A stretch of 64,000 nucleotides of DNA. It comes from Candidatus Thorarchaeota archaeon. GTDB taxonomy: Archaea > Asgardarchaeota > Thorarchaeia > Thorarchaeales > Thorarchaeaceae. Positions 51,294-60,719 of the stretch are shown one piece after another. The translations under genes were made by a program, and so were the position numbers. The DNA lies in assembly GCA_963726195.1 (NCBI GenBank), contig CAVSBO010000003.1:224001-288000 (forward strand). The letters run 5' to 3'. Positions within the stretch are counted from its first letter, which is position 1. The number at the start of each line of letters is the position of its first letter. The notes under the pieces were generated by a model that ran no database searches, was not told the origin of the DNA, and saw nothing but the letters and a program-made list of their open reading frames with translations.

Positions 51294-51903
51294 GTGAAAT
51301 TTGATCTCCTTAAGTGGCCATTGACAACTATCAGCGGAATCCTCGTCATCGTGTTCTATTGCCTATTCACTTTCACGTCTTGGGCGCTCTATCCATTTCC
51401 GTACGGCCCATCGACTAATTATCTAAGCAGACTAGGTGACTTGGCCTACAGTCCATTTGGCGGCTACTTCTACAACGCGGGATGTATTCTAACGGGGATC
51501 GCACTGATTCCCTTCTTCCTAGGGTTGTACATTTGGTATCCCGACAGTCTGGTGAAGAAAGCTCTGGTCATTGTGGGGCAAGTCATTGGACTCTGCTCGG
51601 CTGTCGCTCTCATGATGATTGGTGTCTTCTCCGAGGACAAGGGAGCATCCCACCTGTTGGCATCAGCAGTCTTCTTCGAGCTGTTGTTTGCTGTCCTGAT
51701 TGTGCTTAGTCTTGCACTCCTATTGCATCGTGGGTTCGTGAAGCTCATTGCGGCCTACGGCCTAGGTATTGCCTTCTCTGATTTGGTTGTTCTCATTTGC
51801 AGTAGGCGGACCGCTCGTGGAGTGGTATGCAGTTTTCAGCGCCCTTGGCTATGTAGTATTCTTGTCTGCGAACACGCTAAGACTAAAGAAGCAGACCCCT
51901 TAG
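51294..51903 (+). CDS. DUF998-like membrane protein (frameshift near 51795)
   Basis: YLSRLG, YN.G.IL.G, IGVFSE..H; the shifted frame gives VEW and a stop at 51903. Confidence 0.7.
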
Positions 51904-51998
51904 AGCCCGTTTTCGTTGGTGCGGCATCTTTAAGAATCAAAGTGCCAATAGCATGTTCTGTTAGCTCTTAGAATCACGGGGCGTAAGGAGAAACAGGT

Positions 51999-52715
51999 GT
52001 GGGCTCAGAGGAGATAATCGCAAAGCAATTCGACAAGAGTCACTTCCCCTCATGGGGTATCTTCGGATCTGTAATCGGCCTTGCCTTCATTCTGGTCGCA
52101 AAGATTATGAATGTGGGAATCTATCCGGAATTCGGATTCTTCGTCCCTATCTTGTTCGGCTTGGTATTGATACTCGCGGGTATCGCCTTCATGCCATTTA
52201 TGATAGGACTTGGATGGTACATGGACTCGCGTTTCTCCACCTCGAAACTGGCCGCCATGGTCGGTATGATTTATGCGAGTGCGATGGTCGTCGTTGGCAT
52301 CTTTGAGACCGTTTATTGGGCAGAGGACTGGGTATGCTGGTTGTCATTCCTCTTCAGTGGCATGATCATGACCGGCTTGTGGACAATTGCCATCTATCTC
52401 CAACGCACAGTCAAAGTACGCAGAGTCCTTTCACTATTCGGAGTTCTGAATGTAGGGCTGTTTGCCATCTTTCCTTTAGGTGCCTACCTATCTATTGTGT
52501 ATTATCTTCTCACTTTGCCCCCCGGCTTCTTAATCAGCCTTGGTCCCAATTTCTGGTGGATGCATAAGTTGGTATGGGCGCTCCACTTCGCGATCATAGG
52601 CTACATGTTGTTGCTTGCAATTCACATTCAGAGAGAGGAGAAAGAAACCCGAGAGCCCTCGGTCCTGTTCCAGCAGACGCACGACTGGGCACCACTCCCT
52701 CCGGGTGTAGACTAA
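51999..52715 (+). CDS. DUF998-like membrane protein, diverged paralog
   Basis: Shares GLILAGI.F.PFMIGLG.Y.DSRF..KLAA with the next gene. Confidence 0.7.
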   Translation: MGSEEIIAKQFDKSHFPSWGIFGSVIGLAFILVAKIMNVGIYPEFGFFVPILFGLVLILAGIAFMPFMIGLGWYMDSRFSTSKLAAMVGMIYASAMVVVGIFETVYWAEDWVCWLSFLFSGMIMTGLWTIAIYLQRTVKVRRVLSLFGVLNVGLFAIFPLGAYLSIVYYLLTLPPGFLISLGPNFWWMHKLVWALHFAIIGYMLLLAIHIQREEKETREPSVLFQQTHDWAPLPPGVD

Positions 52716-52810
52716 TCAATTACTCCTCGGACATGCGCCAGTCTTAAGAGCAGGGGGAAGAATCGCCTAACCCGTAGCCCGAGAAGTGCAATACATCTGG
52801 AGGCAGAAAC

Positions 52811-53482
52811 TTGAGTCTGAAACAAACAATCGTAAAGCAGGTTGACAAGAAGCATTTCACACTGTGGGGAATTTTCGGATCAGCGATAGGCCTCATCTTC
52901 ATCCTAGGCGCAATGATCCCGTACCATGGACACAATGGCGAAGTCTATTCAATATTCAATCACTATGTCAGCGAGCTCGGGGAGCTGGGAGTCTCTCAGG
53001 CCGCCATGCTGTTCAACATTGGATTGATACTTGCAGGTATCACGTTCATCCCCTTCATGATAGGACTGGGTCTCTACTTGGACTCGCGTTTCTACGTGGC
53101 GAAACTGGCTGCCGCGGTTGGTGTGTTCACTTCGGTCGCGATAATCTTCGTTGGTATCTTTCCCATGAATTTCATCGCTCAGCATAGTATGTCTGCACTA
53201 TCGTTCTTCTTCAGTGGGATGATCATGACTGGGTTGTGGATGATTGCTCTTCTGCTTCAACGTACACCCAAAGTGCACAAGCTGATTTCATTGCTCGGGC
53301 TCGTTAACGTCGCCGTCTTTGCAGCCTTTCTTTTCGGCAACTACGGTACCTATGACATATACGTGAACCGTCCCGACTTCTGGTGGACCCCCACATTGGA
53401 GTGGGCAATCTACTTCGCAATCGTAGGCTACTTGCTGTTGCTTGCACTCTACGTCTGGTGGAAGGAAAGAAGAAGCAGCTAA
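52811..53482 (+). CDS. DUF998-like membrane protein
   Basis: YSIFNHYVSELG, FNIGLI, VGIFPM..H, LEW. Confidence 0.8.
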   Translation: MSLKQTIVKQVDKKHFTLWGIFGSAIGLIFILGAMIPYHGHNGEVYSIFNHYVSELGELGVSQAAMLFNIGLILAGITFIPFMIGLGLYLDSRFYVAKLAAAVGVFTSVAIIFVGIFPMNFIAQHSMSALSFFFSGMIMTGLWMIALLLQRTPKVHKLISLLGLVNVAVFAAFLFGNYGTYDIYVNRPDFWWTPTLEWAIYFAIVGYLLLLALYVWWKERRSS

Positions 53483-53548
53483 CTATCAGACATCATTCCT
53501 ACCTGCGGTCATCTTCCCCTGAGTATACGATATCGATCACGTCTGATG

Positions 53549-54427
53549 CTATCCCCTGAAAGGCCACTCAGGGCGCATTGACGAGTAGATGCTGCTCGAG
53601 GAGGCTGACGCGACTGCGACGGGCATGTGAGGTGTGTCATACCCCGTTGCCACATTCCCTTGACTATCGATCATGATTAGCCCGGCTTCACCAGCCGTCC
53701 TCTCCCGTAGAACCGCCATTATCTTTGCGGCAGCATCAATCACACTCAACCCGTCTTCCACATAGTGGACTGCCATCCTTGCCATCACTATTCGGAGAAT
53801 CTGCTCTCCTTTCCCAGTGCAGCTTGCTGCCCGCTAGGTCATTGGCGTAGACGCCAGCCCCGATAATCGGGGAATCACCAATGCGGCCGGGTAACTTGCC
53901 AGACCACCCGCTTGTGGAAGAGGCAGCGGCAATGTGTCCTTCCGAGTCGACAACGACGCATCCAACAGTGTCGCATCCCTGGGCGATTGCCGAACGTTGA
54001 GTGGCGCCGCCCTTACTCACTTTTCTATATCCTTCTGCTATCATCTTTTTGTACAGCTTCTCTGCTCCTCCAGCCACGAACTGACTGTTGGAGGTGCGCT
54101 CAAGGACGTATCGCGCCAATGAGATGGGATGGACGACACCTCGCACCGCCATGACTGCTCCACTCTGAAGACGAGTACCATCCATGATCATTGCATCGAG
54201 TTCGATGTCGCCTTCGCTGTTCGGCTTCGCACCCCGGCCTGCCGTGAAAAGGTTGGTCTCTTCAAGCTTCCAAACAGCAGCCTCAGCTGCATCCAGAGAG
54301 ATCCGCCCTTTTCCATCACGCACATGCCTGTCTTGGCTGCTGCTCGGACTGCTTCGATGATTGCGTCATGGTACTTGGCCTCGAAGCTGGTCGCACCACC
54401 ATGAACAACAACGACAGGCAAGGTCAT
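53549..54427 (-). CDS. iaaA: Second isoaspartyl peptidase/asparaginase (frameshifts near 54310 and 53825)
   Basis: VVVHGGA, ELDAMIMDG, DTVGCV, GRIGDSP over three pieces; close paralog of 3020..3895. Confidence 0.85.
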
Positions 54428-54474
54428 AGAGACACTCGAGCCGTCGCCGGATACAACACTGAAAAACGTTCTGT

Positions 54475-55359
54475 TCAGAAGCCCATTCTGTTCAGTTCGC
54501 GTTCAAGGAAAGCCTTGGTTTGAGTGACATTGTTCCACCGCTCAGCGAAGTTCTCAGGGCTGATGCGCTGCTCCCTGTACATCGTCTCCAAGTCGGCAAG
54601 CTCGTTGTCATTCTCTGCAAGGCGGTCCTTGTACATTCGAACAATCAGCGCGGCATTTGCTTGCTCCGATTCGCTTGGTTTTTCAACCGATATTATGCGG
54701 CCGTCCATGATTCTGAATATTCTATCGGTTCTCCGCGCAACTGACGGATCGTGAGTGACAATCACGATCGTCTTGCCCATCTCTTTGTTCACCTTGGTCA
54801 GGAACTGGACAATTTTGGCTGAGGTCTCAGTATCTAGGTCACCTGTAGGTTCATCGCATATCAGTACGGGTGGGTCATTTGCGAGTGCTGAAGCAATGGC
54901 GACCCTCTGCTTCTCTCCTCCGCTGAGTTCGTCGGGCTTATGGTTCATCCTCAACGACAAGCCAACTGTATCGAGAAGCTCAGTAGTCCTCCTTTTTCTC
55001 GCATCACCGGGCGTCTTGAGTGATAGCATCGGAAGCTCTACGTTCTCATAGGCGGTCAAGGTGGGAATCAAGTTCAGAGTCTGAAAGATGTGGCCAACCA
55101 CTTTTTGCCTCAGTAATCCCAGTTCCGCAGAGGTTGCATTGGTTATTTCTTTGCCCGCGACCCATGTCTTCCCAGCTGTCGCGTGCGTCAGTCCTCCGAT
55201 GACATTTAGCAAAGATGTCTTGCCCGACCCGGAAGGACCAACAATCGAGACCATTTCTCCTTGTTCGATCTTGATGGACAGACCTCTTAGCGCTTGCACT
55301 TCGACGCTTCCCAGTTTGTATACCTTAACCAAGTCCTCAGACTGAATGTAGCTAACCAT
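54475..55359 (-). CDS. LolD/MacB-type ABC ATPase with C-terminal coiled-coil extension
   Basis: GPSGSGKT, LSGGEKQRVAIA, DEPTGDLD, VTHD. Confidence 0.93.
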   Translation of the reverse strand: MVSYIQSEDLVKVYKLGSVEVQALRGLSIKIEQGEMVSIVGPSGSGKTSLLNVIGGLTHATAGKTWVAGKEITNATSAELGLLRQKVVGHIFQTLNLIPTLTAYENVELPMLSLKTPGDARKRRTTELLDTVGLSLRMNHKPDELSGGEKQRVAIASALANDPPVLICDEPTGDLDTETSAKIVQFLTKVNKEMGKTIVIVTHDPSVARRTDRIFRIMDGRIISVEKPSESEQANAALIVRMYKDRLAENDNELADLETMYREQRISPENFAERWNNVTQTKAFLERELNRMGF

Positions 55360-55371
55360 AATTACCACCTT

Positions 55372-58140
55372 CTACTCACGAATCGAGTTTATTCTCTCTT
55401 CCGTAACACGCGAGGTCATCACAACTGGTATCAAAGCAGCGATGACCACTATCAATACGATCCCAGTCATGGCGAGAATTGACAATGGTGTGAAGACCAT
55501 TCTAGGACGTACGAGTTCTTGGGTGCTTTGGCTTGTGTTAGAGATGTTTCCGAAAAGCTGAATGAAGCCTGTTGCCACACCAAGTATGAGAGAGAACAAG
55601 ACCATGACCATAACTTCTGCAGTGAGAGCCTTTAGAATCTGACCGCGGGTAAGACCTCTTACGCTCAGAAGCGTCGTCTCCTGTTCCTTCTCCTTCAACG
55701 TGAGACCTACGACAAGACCAGTGCCCACCACCGCGAGAACCCCTGCGAAGATGATACCAAGCCACCGAGCACGGGTTCCACCCACTTGGTAGCTATTGGT
55801 CTGAGCCGCTTTCAGTCTCGACGTCAGCGAGTCTGTGCTGGTTGCTTGAGGCAACGCTGAAGATATCTGCTTCTCGATAACAGTTCCATTAGTACCCGGG
55901 GTAGTCTTGATCAGAATCCAACCATTTGAGACGCTAACGAGGCTTGCATTGTTCAAGAAATCTACTGGAACATAGGATGGGTAAGTACCTCCAAAGGCGA
56001 ACTGTCCTAGGATTTCCTCGAACGGGCTCGCGTAGCCGACAAGACCGACTATGACAAGTCTGTGTGCTGTGCTCTGGCCTGGGCCGCGAAGAGCTATGCT
56101 ATTCCCAATATGAAGCTGCAGTTGACGAGCAACAGCTATGGATAGGATGATTTTCTCACCGGTGAAGTTGGAAAGGATTCGATTGATCGAAGCCCCTGTG
56201 AACCATGTAGTCTCATAGAATGCTGCGCGAGACCAGTTTTCAGGTGCTATTCCTCGAACTTCCAGAGCTCCTCTTGTGCTACTCATTGTGATTCTATATT
56301 CGATTGTCGACTCATTCACCTGAGCGATGGAACTCACGGTCTGGCTTACCAAGGACATATTGGCTCCCGGATTGAATGTTGCACTAACATCAGAGCCAAC
56401 TTCGTAGAGGCTGGTCCGCTCCAGTGTGTCCTGCTCGGTAAACATGTTTCCAACGCTAGAGAGGCCGTATGATACGATAAGCGACACGACGAAGACCAAT
56501 GCAGCATTTCTTGCCGGATGACGCGTGACGTTTCGAGTTGCAAGATGCCCAAATGCGCCAAAGAATCTCGAGCCTACATTCACGACGCCCTCCTGGAACT
56601 TCTGTGACCCTCTCAGTAGTATTTTTGTTGCACCATAGAGAAACATGATTGGTCCAACATAGTTTAGAAAAGCATCGATTGGGGTCCACAATGCCACTGC
56701 TATTAGCAAGATGAAATTGCTGCTCAATGCGGACGATAGCACGGTGCTCATATTGATTCCCAAGGCCCAGACGATCAGCTTGTAGGTTCCAAGAAACAAC
56801 GCAATGGAGGGGAGCAGCTTCTTGTACTCCCTCTGTTCCTCTACGTAGACATACTGCTTGAGGCTGTCGAGAGGGTCAAGTTTCGCAGCCCTGTCGGCAG
56901 GGCCTCTTACAGACCACACAGCCATTATGACTGCGAAAGCCATGACAACAACGATGTTTACCGTGCTGCCAGCTAGAATCACAGGCAAGGACGCGAGGCT
57001 GGCTCCCACCAAGAGAAATGCTACTAAGGTACCGCCGATTAGGCCGACGAAACCCCCAATTAGACCGATTATCGCGCCCTCAAACATCAGCATCCTCTTG
57101 ATTGCCTTCGGGCCATATCCCTTTGTCTGCAGAAGACCGAACTCCCTTCTCCGCAGATTGTAGCTCACATCACTGAGCATTGTCGAAGAGTACCATGACA
57201 TGAAGATGATTGGTGCTGCAAGAGAAACGAATGACAACACAAGTAATGATGCTTGCAGTGAAAGCGTTGACAGAGTTATCCCTAGTAGGTTTGTAACCTG
57301 GGTATTGTACGCGGCTGTCCTGTCTGAAATCTTCGCCAGAGCATTTGAGACGCTAGTCGACGAGCCACCAATGTCATAGGGATTCACAAGCATATTCCTG
57401 TTCAGCTGGCAGTAAAAGCCACATTCAACGGCGAGCTGGGTCACGTTCTGATGACTGGAGAACCAGTTGATGAGTGGGCCAATCGTAGAATTCCAGTCGA
57501 CAAGCAGAATGTCGTACTTACGCCAGTCGCCAAGGGGGATTTGGATGAAGCCAAGACTCAGGTATCTCTGTGGATTGAGCAGTTGAGCTGTCCTCGGAGG
57601 AATGTCAACGAAGCCGGCAACCGTCAGATTCACATAAACCGTGGTTGTGAAAGGAAACTTGTTGGTGATAGCTTTCACGGGAACCTTGAGTATCTGCCCC
57701 GTGGACAGGTATGATGCGTTCACTGAACTCGCAACAACATATGTTTGGTTTGCACCGAGAGCGAGCGTCCCATTCAGGTGAGTTACTGTGTTCCAAGCTG
57801 TGGTATTAGGCTCCATTCCCACAATGTCGAAGGTCTGTCTGGCGGTCGTATTGTACTGATAAGAAATCTTAGCATATCGATCCGCATGAACTACTTCGGG
57901 CTGGCTTTCCAACGTTGTGCGAAGATCCGCAAATTGCTTCCCTGACCAAGTCATGTTGTTTGCCTGTATTCGTGCGTCATAGTCAAGGCCCGCTAGAGCA
58001 TTGTCGACTGCGTCTTTGGAGACCATATCAGCGGACACTATCATGCTCGCAAAGAATGTGGTAGCAATCAGGACACCAATCGTAAGTGCCAGAAAAAGGC
58101 GATATCCCCGCAAGACTCTCTTGAGTGCATACCAAAACAT
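55372..58140 (-). CDS. FtsX/MacB-like ABC permease (duplicated, with large extracellular domains)
   Basis: RRREFGLLQTKG and LLSVRG motifs, two 4-TM bundles, many NxS/T sequons. Confidence 0.88.
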   Translation of the reverse strand: MFWYALKRVLRGYRLFLALTIGVLIATTFFASMIVSADMVSKDAVDNALAGLDYDARIQANNMTWSGKQFADLRTTLESQPEVVHADRYAKISYQYNTTARQTFDIVGMEPNTTAWNTVTHLNGTLALGANQTYVVASSVNASYLSTGQILKVPVKAITNKFPFTTTVYVNLTVAGFVDIPPRTAQLLNPQRYLSLGFIQIPLGDWRKYDILLVDWNSTIGPLINWFSSHQNVTQLAVECGFYCQLNRNMLVNPYDIGGSSTSVSNALAKISDRTAAYNTQVTNLLGITLSTLSLQASLLVLSFVSLAAPIIFMSWYSSTMLSDVSYNLRRREFGLLQTKGYGPKAIKRMLMFEGAIIGLIGGFVGLIGGTLVAFLLVGASLASLPVILAGSTVNIVVVMAFAVIMAVWSVRGPADRAAKLDPLDSLKQYVYVEEQREYKKLLPSIALFLGTYKLIVWALGINMSTVLSSALSSNFILLIAVALWTPIDAFLNYVGPIMFLYGATKILLRGSQKFQEGVVNVGSRFFGAFGHLATRNVTRHPARNAALVFVVSLIVSYGLSSVGNMFTEQDTLERTSLYEVGSDVSATFNPGANMSLVSQTVSSIAQVNESTIEYRITMSSTRGALEVRGIAPENWSRAAFYETTWFTGASINRILSNFTGEKIILSIAVARQLQLHIGNSIALRGPGQSTAHRLVIVGLVGYASPFEEILGQFAFGGTYPSYVPVDFLNNASLVSVSNGWILIKTTPGTNGTVIEKQISSALPQATSTDSLTSRLKAAQTNSYQVGGTRARWLGIIFAGVLAVVGTGLVVGLTLKEKEQETTLLSVRGLTRGQILKALTAEVMVMVLFSLILGVATGFIQLFGNISNTSQSTQELVRPRMVFTPLSILAMTGIVLIVVIAALIPVVMTSRVTEERINSIRE

Positions 58141-58260
58141 TCAGCCCACGGACCTGAATTGCTCGTGTCGCATCCGGTTATAAACGAACTGAAGGATGCA
58201 TATCGTCTCGTCCACCAGTAATCCATGAGTACAGTTGGCCTTGGGCTCCAAGTCACGAAC

Positions 58261-58833
58261 TCATTGCAGTCCCTGTCTGGTTCGCCTTCGGTCATAGATC
58301 ATCGCCACAACAGTGACTACAGCCATGAGGACAAGGCTCGAGCCAACCACAATAGGGGTCGTAACCGACGGGTCCTTTGTTGTTGTGGTCCTTTGTGTGA
58401 GATCAGCAGTCCGCGAGTAGCTAGTTGCTGTATTGTTGGCCATGTCAAATGCAATTATGTATAGAGTATAGGTTGCATTGACAGCAAGACCAGGTACGTC
58501 AGCCATGTAGAGAGAGCCGTTGAACGCGAGAGGGTACGAAGACCGCTGTCCATTATCACCGTGCACTGACAATGATACGTTACGAACTCCAGACTCTGTG
58601 TCGCTTACATTGGCCCAAGCCGAGAAAGACACTCCTTGCTCAACAGGCCCTTCGAGTCCCCACGCTGATATCTCCGGTCTTAGTGTGTCATTCGCTGCTA
58701 GGTTGATTGGCCCGAAAACATGCGACGGTGGTATCAACTTCAATCCCAAAAGAACAGAAGCTGTGCCCATTTCAGCAAGACCGCACACGGTCAGCATCAG
58801 AAGCAAGAGCACTTCACGGACTCGCGGTCTCAT
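58261..58833 (-). CDS. Membrane-anchored Ig-like surface protein
   Basis: Signal helix, DT..P.I, SD.ESGV, AFD.A.N, Thr-rich linker, C-terminal TM followed by RRR. Confidence 0.75.
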   Translation of the reverse strand: MRPRVREVLLLLMLTVCGLAEMGTASVLLGLKLIPPSHVFGPINLAANDTLRPEISAWGLEGPVEQGVSFSAWANVSDTESGVRNVSLSVHGDNGQRSSYPLAFNGSLYMADVPGLAVNATYTLYIIAFDMANNTATSYSRTADLTQRTTTTKDPSVTTPIVVGSSLVLMAVVTVVAMIYDRRRTRQGLQ

Positions 58834-58884
58834 GCCAGCAGCGTCTGTTCTGTGTCCTTAACTAAGTAGCTATTAGCGAAAGCA

Positions 58885-59045
58885 GAAAGGGTGGGCGCAG
58901 AGAAATGGGCAACATGTCGCATGCCGCGCCACCACCTGTAATTTTGTGCGACAAGTTCCGACCTTCCTATTCTGAGGAAGCCGCAAGACTGTCACCGCAC
59001 GCCAAAGTGACCAGTCGACCCACTTTTTCGTCTCTGCGCCCTTGT
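58885..59045 (-). ncRNA. Candidate structured RNA (four-way junction), family unknown
   Basis: 11-bp perfect closing stem 58893-58903/59031-59041 enclosing an inner stem and three hairpins; pyrimidine tract 3' on the - strand. Confidence 0.4.
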
Positions 59046-59465
59046 TCTTGCCGATGGCCAGTACCTGTGGTCAGAGATATGTCCTTCGGTTCCCATGAGT
59101 GCTGGTCGTCGTGAGATGAGTGCCCTCCACTCTCAAGAGAGTGGTGGCGTCGAGCATTGTGTGATATTGGGCGGGAGTGCATAAAAAGGTGTGTTGGCTG
59201 ACTACTGCAGGGGCTCTTCATGGTGCCCATTTAGAGATGGCCTGCAATAGGAGGACATCTCTACCGGCTGCTTGGTAGGATTGAATGATATTCTTTCCAT
59301 AGAGGAGCGTACTAATGATGTTGAAACGCAAAGCTGAAAAGAAGCCGTTGGCTGCGGTTCTCTAGCAATCGCCGCGCTAAAGTCACAAAGACATAAATAG
59401 CAGGCACTTGGCACTGATGGTAAGTGTCTTTGCCGAGCTCGGCATGGACGCAAGGAGAATGAGCA

Positions 59466-59807
59466 ATGGCAGGATACAAGCACCCTTGTCGCTATTGTGA
59501 ACAATTGATTCCCGGCGACTCTAAAGTCTGCCCAATGTGCGGAGCAGTAAATCCACTTGGGCCGTTGAGATGCCCAAAATGCAAGTCTCCAATCGAGGCA
59601 GGCTGGGTGAAGTGCAACAATTGCGGGTTGTCATTGTCAATCACGTGCCCGAAATGCCATAAGGAGACTTTCTTTGCTGACTATTGCATGAACTGTAAGG
59701 CTCCTTTGGTCGTTATATGCCCTAAGTGCAAGACACCGACACCACCACTCGACAAGTGTCTGAAGTGCGGTAACCCGCTTAAAGTGGAGGCGAAAAAGAA
59801 GAAATGA
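59466..59807 (+). CDS. Multi zinc-ribbon (DZANK-like) protein
   Basis: Eight CxxC pairs; AAGGAG SD. Confidence 0.85.
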   Translation: MAGYKHPCRYCEQLIPGDSKVCPMCGAVNPLGPLRCPKCKSPIEAGWVKCNNCGLSLSITCPKCHKETFFADYCMNCKAPLVVICPKCKTPTPPLDKCLKCGNPLKVEAKKKK

Positions 59808-60467
59808 GTCTGAAAGCATTCACAAGGAACTACGCTGACAACAGCACCGAAGCAGGCTTCGAGTTCACGTTTTTCTGCGATCTATGCAATGACGGATTCA
59901 AGTCCGCATTCATAGAATCGAAGAGCCACAAGAAAGCTGGGCTTCTCAGTGGAATTGGAAGAGCAGCCTACGCGGGCGCGTCCTTGGCAGGACACGGTTC
60001 AGTCGGATGGGCCGCCAGCGAGGGCTCCAGCATCTTGTCACAGAAATTCGAGGGGATGTCTCCTCAGTGGCACAAGGAGCACGAGGCAGCTTTCGAGCAG
60101 GCTTCGAATGAAGCAAAACAGCATTTCAAGCGCTGTCCCAAGTGCAAGAAGTACGTCTGTGAAAATGACTGGAATGAAGAAGAAGGGCTCTGTGTCGATG
60201 ATGCTCCCCGCGAAGCAGTTGAGGTCGCAACTGCCAAAGGAAAGAAGATGGTCAAGGACATAGAGGCAGAGGCAGAAAACACCCAAGTCTTCAAGGGGAA
60301 GATCGAGAACCAAGCAGACAATATGCCCCAAGTGTGGAAAGCCTGCGGGAACAGGCAAATTCTGCAACAACTGTGGTGCGCCCCTCACTGTAGCAAAATG
60401 CAAGAAGTGCGGAGCAACCAATGTTGCCGGTACCAAGTTCTGCTCCGAGTGTGGAGCAAAGCTGTAG
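59804..60467 (+). CDS. Zinc-ribbon protein (frameshift near 60310)
   Basis: FFCDLC, CPKCKKYVC; the shifted frame gives CPKCG..KFCNNCG..CKKCG..KFCSECG with stop at 60467. Confidence 0.8.
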
Positions 60468-60719
60468 TACAACCTAAAGCTGAAGTAGAATCGCGCTGGG
60501 TTCAGATTGGATTCTATTTCAGCGCTTCCTTCTTTTATATTGGAACTGATTGCAGTTGACTAGTTTCAGTCCTATTCTGGCTGAGTATTGCGAAACCCGA
60601 GGCATGGATCTGAGATTAGTTCGAGCCAGAGACAGGCTCTCTGGACCAACCATCGCTCTAGGACAAACCTTGAGCCCTCTTCCGATAGGAACATTAGCGC
60701 ACTCTCGAAGTCTGCTCAC

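Noticed and set aside
58885-59400. Assignment as RNase P, SRP, tRNA, tmRNA or a lysine riboswitch
   Set aside because: No P4 GAGGAAAGUCC/CGGCUUA pair, no SRP helix-8 motif, no T-loop or CCA end; the GAAUA loop and the LAAVL peptide end are insufficient on their own
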